Source: Acidimicrobiales bacterium (lineage in GTDB: Bacteria; Actinomycetota; Acidimicrobiia; Acidimicrobiales; JAJPHD01). From it: 27,613 bases of DNA. The notes under the pieces were generated by a model. The model saw only the letters and a program-made list of their open reading frames with translations, ran no database searches and had not been told where the DNA came from. This document shows, piece by piece, positions 8,232-16,594 of this stretch; position 1 is the stretch's first letter, and every line of letters starts with the position of its first letter. Where the stretch lies: assembly GCA_050744085.1 (NCBI GenBank), contig JBOGGU010000022.1, positions 1-27,613 on the forward strand, in the 5' to 3' direction. A program made the translations under genes and the position numbers.

Positions 8232-9176
8232 TCAGGTGCCTGGGTCTTCGCCGCCCCAGCCCTGCCGGCGGGGCCCCTGCTTGGCTGGGCGTGCCGGTCG
8301 CCCCGCAGCCCCGGGGCCGTGGGAACGCTCCGAGCGCCACATCGCGGGCTCTCCGGGACGTCGCGATGACCCACCTCTCATGTGAGGCCGCGGGCGGCTC
8401 TCGCGAGAGGGTCCTGGTGAGGTCCGGATGACCCGGGCCGAGCGGGCACCGGCCATGGCAGGGGCTCTCCCGGCCCCTGTCCCGGCCCCTGTCCCGACCC
8501 CTGTCCCGACCCCTGTCCCGGCCCCTGTCCCGGCCCCTGTCCCGGTCGTGCCCGACGGTCCGGCCGCGGCCGGCAACGGCGCCTGGCGCCAGGCGCTCGA
8601 GAAACGCTGGCCGGCGGTCAGCAGGCTCAACGCGAGGATCAGCCACAACACCGGCACCAGCACAGGGACCGCCGGCAAATACGCCTGGATGAAGATCGCC
8701 ACCCCCAGCACGATCATCCGCTCCGCCCGCTCCATGATCCCGCCGCGCGCCGCTAAGCCGAGCGTGTCGGCCTTGGCCCTCACGTACGAGGGCAGCATCG
8801 ACGCACCCAGGACTCCGAGCGCAAGGACGGCCAGGTGCGGGCCTCGGGTGCTCGCGAGATACCACGCCACCCCAGCAAGCAGGAATACGTCGGAGAGCCG
8901 GTCCGCCACCGAGTCGAAGAACGCCCCTCGAAGGCTCGCCGACCCAGCCGCCTTGGCGAGGGGCCCGTCCAGGAGGTCGGCCAGCCCGCAAAAGCCGATG
9001 AGCACTGCGCCCGCGGTGAGGTCGCCAACCGCGATCGCCACCCCAGCACCGGCAGCGAGCACCAGGCCCAGTCCCGTGAGCTGGTCGGGGGTGACGCCGG
9101 TGCGGCGCAAGGCAGCGCTCGCCGGCACCGTGGCCCGTGAGACCCCGACTCGCCAACGACCGTCCAGCATCCCCAC
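8232..9176 (-). CDS. pgsA: CDP-alcohol phosphatidyltransferase (phosphatidylinositol phosphate synthase PgsA-like) with an ~118-aa low-complexity C-terminal extension
   Basis: DLLDGPLAKAAGSASLRGAFFDSVADRLSD matches the D-G-x2-A-[RK]-x8-G-x3-D-x3-D motif. The catalytic core is about 196 aa. The ORF then continues, with no stop, through (GTGA/V)n and Arg/Pro-rich sequence to 8232. Confidence 0.75.
   Translation of the reverse strand: MGMLDGRWRVGVSRATVPASAALRRTGVTPDQLTGLGLVLAAGAGVAIAVGDLTAGAVLIGFCGLADLLDGPLAKAAGSASLRGAFFDSVADRLSDVFLLAGVAWYLASTRGPHLAVLALGVLGASMLPSYVRAKADTLGLAARGGIMERAERMIVLGVAIFIQAYLPAVPVLVPVLWLILALSLLTAGQRFSSAWRQAPLPAAAGPSGTTGTGAGTGAGTGVGTGVGTGAGTGAGRAPAMAGARSARVIRTSPGPSRESRPRPHMRGGSSRRPGEPAMWRSERSHGPGAAGRPARPAKQGPRRQGWGGEDPGT
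8472..8555. repeat. tandem 12-bp repeat GGCCCCTGTCCC (G/A variant at position 2), 7 copies, in-frame within the pgsA ORF tail
   Basis: Seen directly. Encodes GTGAGTGAGTGVGTGVGTGAGTGAG on the minus strand. Confidence 0.9.
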
Positions 9177-9280
9177 AAGCTAGTGCTGCTGAGCGCTTTC
9201 GCGGCGCAGCACCAGTAGTGGCCAGGCAAGCCCTGGCCAGTCTCGATAGGCTGACCAGCGGGGTTGGGTGTCAGCCCCTT

Positions 9281-9306
9281 GAGCGCACGAGTCGAGCGCA
9301 CGAGTC
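9281..9306. repeat. tandem 13-bp repeat GAGCGCACGAGTC x2 in the leader of the EF-G-like gene
   Basis: Seen directly. Preceded by the 7-bp inverted repeat GGCTGAC...GTCAGCC at about 9250-9277. Confidence 0.6.
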
Positions 9307-9320
9307 GAAAAGAGCTGCCG

Positions 9321-11414
9321 GTGAAGACCCTCTCGCCAGACAAGATCCGCAATGTGGCCCTCATAGGGCACGGCGGGGCCGGCAAGACCACCCTGGCCGA
9401 AGCCCTCCTGGCCTGCTCCGGCGCGATAGGCCGGATGGGAAGGGTGGAGGATGGCACGACCACCACCGATTTCGAGCCCGAGGAGCACCGCCGGGGTCTG
9501 TCCCTGTCGCTGGCGCTCGCACCTTTCGAGCACGACGGCCACAAGGTGAACCTCATCGACACACCCGGCTACGCAGACTTTGCTGGCGACGTGGCTGCGG
9601 CGCTGTCGGTCGTCGACTTGGCGGTCCTGGTGGTCAGCGCCGTCGACGGGGTGGAGGTCCAGACCGAGCGCTACTGGCGCATGGCCGAAGCCGCCGGGGT
9701 CCCGCGCATGGTCTTCGTGAACAAGTGCGACCGGGAGCGGGCGAGCTTCGGGCGGGTCCTGGAATCCCTGCGCGAGCACTTCGGGACCGGGTTGGCCCCC
9801 GTCGAGCTCCCCTTAGGGGAGGAGGCGTCGCTGCGCGGGGTTGTAGACCTGCTGGCCGACGTGGCGATCGTCTACGACAGCGTGGGCGGTGGCGCACAGG
9901 TCGGGAGTGGGCACGGGTCGGGAGCGCACACCGAGCCAATTCCTCCTGAGATGGCCGAGCAGGAGCACCAGGTGCGCGAGGCCTTGGTGGAGGGGATCGT
10001 CGTTGGCGACGACGCGCTGGTCGAGCGCTACCTGGAGGGCGAGGAGCTCACGACGGCCGAGCTGGCGGGGGCTCTGGCCCACGGCGTGGCCAACGGCTCT
10101 GTGTTCCCCGTGGTGTGCGGCTCGGCCACCCTCGGCATCGGCATCGAGCGCCTCGCCGACCTGATCTGCGAGCTGGGCCCGACGGCCGCCTCCCGCCCGC
10201 CGGTGGAGGTGGAGGCCGGGGACCAGTCCCAGCAGGTGGCGCCCGATCCCTCGGGGGAGCCGCTCGCCGTGGTCTACAAGACCCTGGCCGATCCCTACGT
10301 GGGCAAGGTGAGCCTGCTGAAGGTGGTCTCGGGGACCATCCGGCCCGATACGGTGCTCACCAACCCCCGGACCCACGCCGACGAGCGCCTTCATACGCTG
10401 TTCGCGCTGCGGGGAAAGGAGCACGACGAGGTCACCGAGGCGCCCGCCGGCGACCTGGTGGCGGTGGCCAAGCTGACCGACACCTCGACCGGTGACACCC
10501 TGGCCCCGAAGACCATGCCGGTTCTGGTGCCGTTGGCGCCCTTGCCGCCCCCAGTGCTCTCCATCGCCATCCGGCCGCGCTCCAAGGGCGACGAGGACAA
10601 GCTCATGACCGCCCTTCACCGCCTCCAGGACGAGGACCCGTCGGTAAGCGTGCGCAGGGACGACGAGACGCACCAGACCGTGCTTTCGGGTATGGGCGAC
10701 ACCCACCTGTCGGTGGCCGCTGAGCGCCTGCACCGCAAGTTCGGCGTCGACGTGGAGACCGAGGACCTGCTGGTTGCCTACCGCGAGACGATCACAACTG
10801 CCGCAGAGGCCGAGGGCAAGTACAAGAAGCAGACCGGCGGCCACGGCCAGTACGGAGTGTGCCACCTGCGTCTCGCGCCCCTGGGTCGGGGCGAGGGGTT
10901 CGCCTTCGTGGACAAGGTGGTGGGTGGGGCGATCCCCCGCCAGTTCATCCCTGCGGTGGAGAAAGGCCTGGTGGAGGCGATGAGCCTGGGCGGCGTCCAC
11001 GGCTTCCCGGTGGTGGACGTGGAGGTCACCTGCGACGACGGCAAGTACCACCCGGTGGACTCCTCCGAGATGAGCTTCAAGATGGCGGCTTCGTTGGGCT
11101 TCAAGGAGGCGCTGGCCAAGGCCTCACCGGTCGTCCTGGAGCCGATATCGATGCTGTCCGTCACCGTGCCGTCCGCCTACCAGGGCGACGTGCTCGGCGA
11201 CCTCAACTCCCGGCGCGGCCGGGTCCAGGGCACCGACGTGGGCGCCCACGGCCAGCAGACCGTCGTGGCCCTCGTGCCCACCTCGGAGATCACCCGCTAC
11301 GCCATCGACCTGCGCTCGCTGACCGGCGGTAGGGGAAGCTTCAGCGTGACCCACGATCACTACGACGTGCTGCCGGCGCACATGGCGGCTCGCCTGCCCA
11401 TGAGGGGCGAGTGA
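9321..11414 (+). CDS. elongation factor G family GTPase (EF-G-like paralogue)
   Basis: G1 motif ALIGHGGAGKTTL. About 700 aa with EF-G domain order. GTG at 9321 gives an EF-G-like N-terminus (VKTLSPDKIRNV...). The track ORF starts at 9264. Confidence 0.85.
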   Translation: MKTLSPDKIRNVALIGHGGAGKTTLAEALLACSGAIGRMGRVEDGTTTTDFEPEEHRRGLSLSLALAPFEHDGHKVNLIDTPGYADFAGDVAAALSVVDLAVLVVSAVDGVEVQTERYWRMAEAAGVPRMVFVNKCDRERASFGRVLESLREHFGTGLAPVELPLGEEASLRGVVDLLADVAIVYDSVGGGAQVGSGHGSGAHTEPIPPEMAEQEHQVREALVEGIVVGDDALVERYLEGEELTTAELAGALAHGVANGSVFPVVCGSATLGIGIERLADLICELGPTAASRPPVEVEAGDQSQQVAPDPSGEPLAVVYKTLADPYVGKVSLLKVVSGTIRPDTVLTNPRTHADERLHTLFALRGKEHDEVTEAPAGDLVAVAKLTDTSTGDTLAPKTMPVLVPLAPLPPPVLSIAIRPRSKGDEDKLMTALHRLQDEDPSVSVRRDDETHQTVLSGMGDTHLSVAAERLHRKFGVDVETEDLLVAYRETITTAAEAEGKYKKQTGGHGQYGVCHLRLAPLGRGEGFAFVDKVVGGAIPRQFIPAVEKGLVEAMSLGGVHGFPVVDVEVTCDDGKYHPVDSSEMSFKMAASLGFKEALAKASPVVLEPISMLSVTVPSAYQGDVLGDLNSRRGRVQGTDVGAHGQQTVVALVPTSEITRYAIDLRSLTGGRGSFSVTHDHYDVLPAHMAARLPMRGE

Positions 11415-11562
11415 CGGCTGTCGAGACGGAGTCCCGCAGCGGGCGCTGTGCTACCCAGGGCACTGTCGAGGCGACCCGCCAGCTGCCCAAGCTGGGGTTT
11501 CCGTATCTCTACTTCGCCATCGCGCGCTCGTTGGCCAAGCGACGTCCATTCCGCTGCCCGAC

Positions 11563-12629
11563 TTGCAGCGAGCCGGTGGGGGACACGTGAGCGACCCCGT
11601 AACGGCCGCGGGGGCCGCAGCGGCCGTGGAGGCCTCCCGCTCCCCCCTCGCCGTGCACCTCCGTGGCGTCCACAAGCGCTTCGGCTCGGTTCACGCGGTG
11701 CGAGGCATCGACCTCGACAGCTCAGCTGGGGAGATCCTTGCCTTCCTCGGGCCCAACGGGGCAGGCAAGACTTCTACGATCGACTGATCCTGGGCCTGTC
11801 CAAGCCAAACGCTGGCGTGGTGGAGGTCTTCGGAACGACGCCGCGCCGTTCCCTGCGCGAGGTGCTGGGCTCGGCTGTCATGCAGAGCGGCGGCTTGCTC
11901 AAGGACCTCACCGTCGCCGAGACCGTCGAGTACATGTCCAAGCTTTTTGTCACGACCCGGCCGGTCGAGGAGGTGCTGGCGCGCGCCGGGATCACCGCCA
12001 TCGCAGGGCGAATGGTAGCCAAGTGCTCGGGAGGCGAGCAGCAACGCCTTCGCTTCGCCATGGCGTTGCTGCCGGATCCGGAGCTGTTGATCCTCGACGA
12101 GCCCACCCAGGGCATGGACGTGGAGGGCCGGCGCGAGTTCTGGAAGGCGATCCGTGTCGACGCAGCCAAGGGCCGGACCATCTTGTTCGCCACCCACTAC
12201 CTGGAGCAGGCAGACGCCTACGCAGACTGCATCGTGCTGGTCCGCAAAGGTGAGGTGGTGGCGGACGGCACCGCGGCGAAGGTAAAGGCTCTGGCCTCCG
12301 GCCGGACGGTCCGTGCCACCTGGCCCACCGCGGGCGCCGCCGCGATCGCCGCCACCCCCGGCGCAGACGATGTCGAGGTGCGGGGAGACACAGTGCCGAT
12401 CCACTCTGGTGATACCGACGCCGTAGCTCGCTACCTGTTGTGCGAGACCAATGCCCACGACCTCGAGATCGTCGCCCGCGGCCTCGAAGATGCGTTCATC
12501 GCCATGACCGGCGACAACCAGGACGCCGCTGCTGCGGGCAGTGCTGGGACGGGCGGTGCTGAGGCGGGGAGCGCTGCCGGGCCGGGGCACGCCGATCAGC
12601 TCGCCGCCGAGAAGGCTGCGCCCCTATGA
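11563..12629 (+). pseudogene. ABC transporter ATP-binding protein (ABC-2/DrrA-like) carrying a frameshift just after Walker A
   Basis: Frame 1 reads ...GPNGAGKTSTID then TGA at 11785-11787. The rest of the NBD (Q-loop, signature CSGGEQQR, Walker B ILDEPT, H-loop) continues in the frame of ORF 11448..12629. atcgactgatc looks like a one-C contraction of atccgactgatc (I-R-L-I). Confidence 0.6.
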
Positions 12630-13111
12630 CCGTCACCCAGGCCGCCGTAGGGGCCGCGCGCAGGGTGCCACCGTTGGGTGGCTTCAGCCCGGGCATCGTA
12701 CGACTCGAGGTCCGCCGCCTGCTACGGAACCGGCGGACCCTCATCTTCACGATGATCGCGCCGGTGATCTTCTTCTTGATCTTCGGCCTGAACAGCTCGT
12801 ACGCGACCCAGCGATCGGGCCTCGGGAACGTCTCGGCGACCGTGTTGATCTCCATGGCCCTCTACGGCGCTGTCCTGGCCACCACCAGTGGCGGCGCGAT
12901 GGTGTCCATCGAGCGGGCGTTGGGGTGGAGCCGCCAGCTCCGGGTGACTCCCCTGCTCCCGAGCGCCTACATCGCCGTCAAGGTACTCAGCTCCCTCGTC
13001 CTCGGCCTGGGCTCGGTCGGGGTCGTCTACGTAGTGGGCAGCCTCACCCAGAAGCCATCCATGCCGGCGTACGTGTGGGTCGTCACCGCGCTCTGCGTGT
13101 GGATCGGCTAG
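12626..13111 (+). CDS. ABC-2 family permease, apparently C-terminally truncated (161 aa, about 4 TMS)
   Basis: ERALGWSRQLRVTPLLPSAYIAVKVL is the ABC-2 permease mid-region motif. Only about 4 TM segments are present before the stop at 13111, which overlaps the convergent marR. Full-length members have 6 TMS and about 250 aa. Confidence 0.5.
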   Translation: MTVTQAAVGAARRVPPLGGFSPGIVRLEVRRLLRNRRTLIFTMIAPVIFFLIFGLNSSYATQRSGLGNVSATVLISMALYGAVLATTSGGAMVSIERALGWSRQLRVTPLLPSAYIAVKVLSSLVLGLGSVGVVYVVGSLTQKPSMPAYVWVVTALCVWIG

Positions 13112-13566
13112 CCCAGCTCACTGGCCACCCGGCCCAGAGCCTTGGCAAGGACCTCGAGCTCCGGGGGGCTCAGGCGGTCGACGAGGTGGCGGCGAACCCC
13201 GGCGAGGTGGGTCGGAGCGGCCTCGGCGAGCCGGCGCCTGCCCTCGTCTGTCAGAGCGGCCATGCTCCCCCGCCCGTCAGTGGGACAGGTCCTCCGGGCA
13301 ACCAGCCCCGCCTTGGCCAGGCCGTCGACGCGGCGGGTGAGCCCGCTTCGAGATACCAGGGAGGCCTGCGCCAGCTCTGCCATGCGTCGCGTGCTGTCGG
13401 GGGCTTCAGAGAGCTGCGCCAACACGTCGTAGGCGGCCAGCGTCAGGCCGTGCGCCGCCACCAGCTCACTGTCCAGGCGGGCGAAGAGCCGCGCATGGGT
13501 GCAGATGAGGGCGCGCCAAGCCGCCATCTCTCCAGGCGACAGCCAGGCCACCGGTTCGCAAGCCAC
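13108..13566 (-). CDS. MarR family transcriptional regulator
   Basis: 152 aa with winged-HTH region ...LTLAAYDVLAQLSEAPDSTRRMAELAQASLVSRSGLTRRVDGLAKAGLV.... GTG start. Divergent from yceI. Confidence 0.85.
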   Translation of the reverse strand: MACEPVAWLSPGEMAAWRALICTHARLFARLDSELVAAHGLTLAAYDVLAQLSEAPDSTRRMAELAQASLVSRSGLTRRVDGLAKAGLVARRTCPTDGRGSMAALTDEGRRRLAEAAPTHLAGVRRHLVDRLSPPELEVLAKALGRVASELG

Positions 13567-13659
13567 TCCCCCATCTTACCTGCCCGGCGGAATATAGTTG
13601 CGGATACAAGCAGTTGTACCGGCTGTCAAAGTCCAGTCAGAACCCCACAAGGAGCTTCC

Positions 13660-14226
13660 ATGACCGTTACCAACGTCACACCCACGGACCTGCCCGCAGG
13701 TACTTGGGAGATCGATCCGATCCACTCCTCCGTTGAGTTCAGCGCTCGCCACATGATGGTGTCCAAGGTCAAAGGGCGCTTCACCTCAATGTCAGGGACG
13801 ATCACCGTTGCCGAGGACCCGCTAGCGCTAGCCTCCTCGGTGGAGGCGACCATCGAGGCGGCCTCGGTCGACACCCATGACACCAACCGCGACAACCACC
13901 TGCGCTCGGCCGACTTCTTCGACGTGGAGCGCTACCCGACCATCACCTTCCGCTCCACCAACGTCCGAGTTGGCACCGGGGGGCACGTTCTGGTGGGTGA
14001 GCTGAGCATTCACGGCGTCACCCGCACTGTCGAGCTGGACCTGGAGCACAACGGCACCGGCCCGGACCCCTACGGCGGCGTGCGCACCGGGTTCTCCGCA
14101 ACCACCGAGGTCAACCGCAAGGACTTCGGGTTGACCTTCAGCGGCACCATCGAGGGCACTGGCGGCGCGGTGGTCGGGGACAAGGTGTCCATCGCCCTGG
14201 AGATCGAGGCGATCCTCAAGCCGTAG
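13660..14226 (+). CDS. YceI family periplasmic/polyisoprenoid-binding protein
   Basis: 188 aa with YceI-like fold signature (WEIDPIHSSVEFSARHMMVSKVKGRF...). AAGGAG RBS 5 nt upstream of the ATG. Confidence 0.85.
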   Translation: MTVTNVTPTDLPAGTWEIDPIHSSVEFSARHMMVSKVKGRFTSMSGTITVAEDPLALASSVEATIEAASVDTHDTNRDNHLRSADFFDVERYPTITFRSTNVRVGTGGHVLVGELSIHGVTRTVELDLEHNGTGPDPYGGVRTGFSATTEVNRKDFGLTFSGTIEGTGGAVVGDKVSIALEIEAILKP

Positions 14227-14242
14227 CCGCCTGGCCCTGCGA

Positions 14243-14275
14243 TGCCTCGGGGCTGCCTCGGGGCTGCCTCGGAGC
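14243..14275. repeat. tandem 11-bp repeat TGCCTCGGGGC x3 (third copy degenerate)
   Basis: Seen directly. Intergenic between convergent yceI and the nfu-like gene. Confidence 0.7.
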
Positions 14276-14280
14276 TGGGA

Positions 14281-14329
14281 AAACTGGGGAAACTAATGCA
14301 GACACTGTCTACATTGGTTTCCCCAGTTT
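14281..14329. terminator. 13-bp perfect stem (AAACTGGGGAAAC / GTTTCCCCAGTTT) with a 23-nt loop; putative bidirectional terminator
   Basis: Seen directly. The loop carries its own small palindrome AGACA-c-TGTCT. Lies between convergent genes. Confidence 0.45.
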
Positions 14330-14350
14330 CTGCAGAGCGGGCTCGGTTGG

Positions 14351-14992
14351 CTACTTCTTCGCGGCCTCGAAGTACGGGTTCTCCCCTGCGGCGTGGTCAG
14401 TGACGTCCACAACGGCTACCACCTCGGGAACCGCGTCGGTGATCGCGCCCTGGATCCCCTGGGTGAGGGTGACCGCAGCCAGCCCACAGCCCTGGCACCC
14501 TCCCGAAAGCCGCAGGTAAGCAGTGCCCTCCTCCACAGCCACCAGGTCTGCGCGCCCCCCGTGGGCGGCGATGCCTGGGTTGACGCTCGACTCCAGCACG
14601 TCGATGACCGCCTGGGCCACCGGGCCAGACAGGTCGGCGGTCGGGCGGGGGGCGGGGGGCGGGGGCGCGTTGGGGTTGATGATCACCAGCCCCAGCTCAC
14701 CACCCTGGTCCCCCACGTCGAGGGTGGCCCCGCGCAGCTTGTCCACGCTGTCTCTCGGGATGACCACCGTAAGGTCGTCCCCGTGCTGAACAGCGTCGTC
14801 CTCGGATGCGTCCGCCTTGGACTCGAAGTACATGTCGTAGGAGTAGGCGCCGTTGGTCGCCCCGCTGACCTCCAGCCACAGAGCCATGCTCGCCGGGTCG
14901 GGCTCCTCCGAGAGGACGTCGATCACCATCGAGCGGGCAGTGTCGCTGACGGTCAGGACTGGGCGGAACTCGGTCGGCTCGGAGGAGGCCAT
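14351..14992 (-). CDS. NifU/Nfu-type Fe-S cluster assembly protein (NfuA-like, two-domain)
   Basis: C-terminal Nfu domain has ...HGGRADLVAVEEGTAYLRLSGGCQGCG... (CxxC). Start chosen at MASSEPTEF. The track ORF extends to 15130. Confidence 0.65.
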   Translation of the reverse strand: MASSEPTEFRPVLTVSDTARSMVIDVLSEEPDPASMALWLEVSGATNGAYSYDMYFESKADASEDDAVQHGDDLTVVIPRDSVDKLRGATLDVGDQGGELGLVIINPNAPPPPAPRPTADLSGPVAQAVIDVLESSVNPGIAAHGGRADLVAVEEGTAYLRLSGGCQGCGLAAVTLTQGIQGAITDAVPEVVAVVDVTDHAAGENPYFEAAKK

Positions 14993-15003
14993 GCGTCCAT
15001 GAT

Positions 15004-16326
15004 ATGTCAGTGAGCCGGATAGTGCTGCTGCTGCCGAGCGCCACCTATAGGGCCGCCGACTTCCTTGCGGCCGCCGGAGCGCTGGGGGCGGAGGTGGTCG
15101 TGGCGTCCGACCGGCGCCAAGCCCTGGCACGCTCGATGGGCGATCGGGCGCTGGTGGTCAACTTTGCCAAGCCCGAGCGCGCCGCCGACGCGATAGTCGA
15201 GCTGGCGGGGAGAGCGGCTCTGGACGGGGTGGTGGCAGTCGACGACCAGGGAGTGATGGTCGCAGCCCTCGCTTCCCAGCGCCTTGGCCTGGCCCACAAC
15301 CCTCCCGCCTCCGTGGCACGCTCGAGGGACAAGGCGGCGATGCGCGCCGCCCTGGAAGCCGGCGGGGTCCCCCAGCCGCGCTGGGCAGTAGCTGGCGGGG
15401 GGGACGACGTGGCGGAGGTGGCCGAGTTGGTAGGGTTCCCCTGCGTCGTCAAGCCGACCAGCTTGTCGGGAAGCCGGGGTGTGATCCGGGTCGACGACAT
15501 CGATGGGGCCCGCGCAGCAGGGGCCTGGGCTCGAGCCATCGCCGCCGCCGGGGCAGCTGGGGCTGCGGGGGCAGCTGGGGCTGCGGGGGCTGCGGGGGCA
15601 GCTGGGGCTGCGGGGGCAGCTGGGGCTGCGGGGGCAGGGGCTCCTCCTTTGATCGTGGAGTCATTCGTCTCCGGAGACGAGGTGGCCGTCGAGGGGCTGC
15701 TGCGCGGCGGCGATCTGGAGGTGCTGGCGGTGTTCGACAAGCCAGATCCACTCGATGGGCCGTACTTCGAGGAGACCATCTATGTCACCCCGTCAAGGCA
15801 GGCTCCCGAGGTGCTGGCTCAGGTTGGGTCCACCGTGTCCGGGGCCTGCGCTGCGATGGGTCTGGTGGAGGGCCCGGTCCACGCCGAGCTGCGGATCTCT
15901 CCGGCCAGGGATGGCCCGGCAGGCATCTGCGTAATCGAGGTGGCCGCGCGCTCGATAGGCGGCCTGTGCTCCAGGTCGCTGGCCTTCGGGACCGGGGCGA
16001 GCCTGGAGACCCTCATCGTGGCCCACGCCCTGGGGATAGGGCTCGGGGACCTCCGCCGAGAGGACCCTGCGTCGGGGGTGATGATGCTGCCCATCCCTGC
16101 TCGCGGGATGCTGGTCGGAGTCTCCGGGCGGGAGGCTGCGCTGGCCGTTCCCGGCGTCACTGCGCTCGAGATCTCCATACCGCCGGGACGGGAGGTGGTG
16201 CCGCTGCCCGAGGGCGATCGCTACCTGGGCTTCGTCTTCGCCAAGGCGGCAACCCCCGCCGAGGTGGTCACGGCCCTCCGGGCAGCCCAAGAGGCACTCG
16301 ACATCGACATCTCGCGTCCAGCATGA
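15004..16326 (+). CDS. ATP-grasp domain protein (carboxylate-amine ligase-like) with an internal (Ala-Ala-Gly)n insert
   Basis: ATP-grasp landmarks RDKAAMRAAL..GVP, GFPCVVKP, LIVESFVSGDE, PVHAELRI. Divergent from the nfu-like gene with only about 11 nt between the starts. Confidence 0.7.
   Translation: MSVSRIVLLLPSATYRAADFLAAAGALGAEVVVASDRRQALARSMGDRALVVNFAKPERAADAIVELAGRAALDGVVAVDDQGVMVAALASQRLGLAHNPPASVARSRDKAAMRAALEAGGVPQPRWAVAGGGDDVAEVAELVGFPCVVKPTSLSGSRGVIRVDDIDGARAAGAWARAIAAAGAAGAAGAAGAAGAAGAAGAAGAAGAAGAGAPPLIVESFVSGDEVAVEGLLRGGDLEVLAVFDKPDPLDGPYFEETIYVTPSRQAPEVLAQVGSTVSGACAAMGLVEGPVHAELRISPARDGPAGICVIEVAARSIGGLCSRSLAFGTGASLETLIVAHALGIGLGDLRREDPASGVMMLPIPARGMLVGVSGREAALAVPGVTALEISIPPGREVVPLPEGDRYLGFVFAKAATPAEVVTALRAAQEALDIDISRPA
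15552..15640. repeat. tandem 18-bp repeat GCAGCTGGGGCTGCGGGG, about 4.5 copies, in-frame, encoding (GAA)n
   Basis: Seen directly within the ATP-grasp CDS. Confidence 0.85.
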
Positions 16327-16356
16327 GGCGGACCTCGCGGCACTAGATTCGCATGG

Positions 16357-16569
16357 GTGGCTTCTGAGCTGGACCAGGACCTGACCGGCGCCATCGGCTG
16401 GGTCACCGTGCCGATAGTCGTGGGCCACCCAGGCGAAGTGGTCCTGCCGGTGCGTGGCGGGACCGAGGCGTATGCCGCCTGGTCGGAGGAGCCAATCGCC
16501 AAGCACGCCCGCGTGGTGGTCATCGAGTGCCGCTCGGCGCGCTCGGTGACCGTCACCCCCTACCGCTGA
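16357..16569 (+). CDS. NfeD-like OB-fold small protein (short form, no TM segment)
   Basis: 70 aa with pattern G.IGWVTVPIVVGHPGEVVLPVRGG...ARVVVIECRSARSVTV, typical of the NfeD C-terminal domain. Immediately upstream of a flotillin gene. Confidence 0.55.
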   Translation: MASELDQDLTGAIGWVTVPIVVGHPGEVVLPVRGGTEAYAAWSEEPIAKHARVVVIECRSARSVTVTPYR

Positions 16570-16594
16570 GCCACCCGAAAGGGGGATCTTCAAC

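Noticed and set aside
8472-8555. 12-bp x7 tandem array, and the 11-bp/18-bp arrays elsewhere, as a possible CRISPR array
   Set aside because: Units abut directly with no spacers. The units are far shorter than CRISPR repeats and lie inside coding sequence.
8200-9183. 318-aa minus-strand and 251-aa plus-strand ORFs overlapping pgsA (PVPAPVPTPVP repeats)
   Set aside because: These are alternative-frame and antisense readings of the pgsA 12-bp repeat region. Only the pgsA frame carries the CDP-alcohol phosphatidyltransferase motif.
9813-11051. 412-aa antisense ORF inside the EF-G-like gene, and several 100-270-aa ORFs around it
   Set aside because: They lie antisense to a gene with unambiguous GTPase motifs. 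They have no RBS, start or domain support.
11691-12590. 299-aa minus-strand ORF across the ABC ATPase region
   Set aside because: Shadow ORF. The plus strand encodes Walker A, Q-loop, signature, Walker B and H-loop in order.
12541-13659. Upstream 370 codons of the 561-aa plus-strand ORF that ends as YceI
   Set aside because: Only the last 188 codons, from ATG 13660 with an AAGGAG RBS, are YceI-like. The upstream part overlaps the permease and marR and is Arg/Pro-rich noise.
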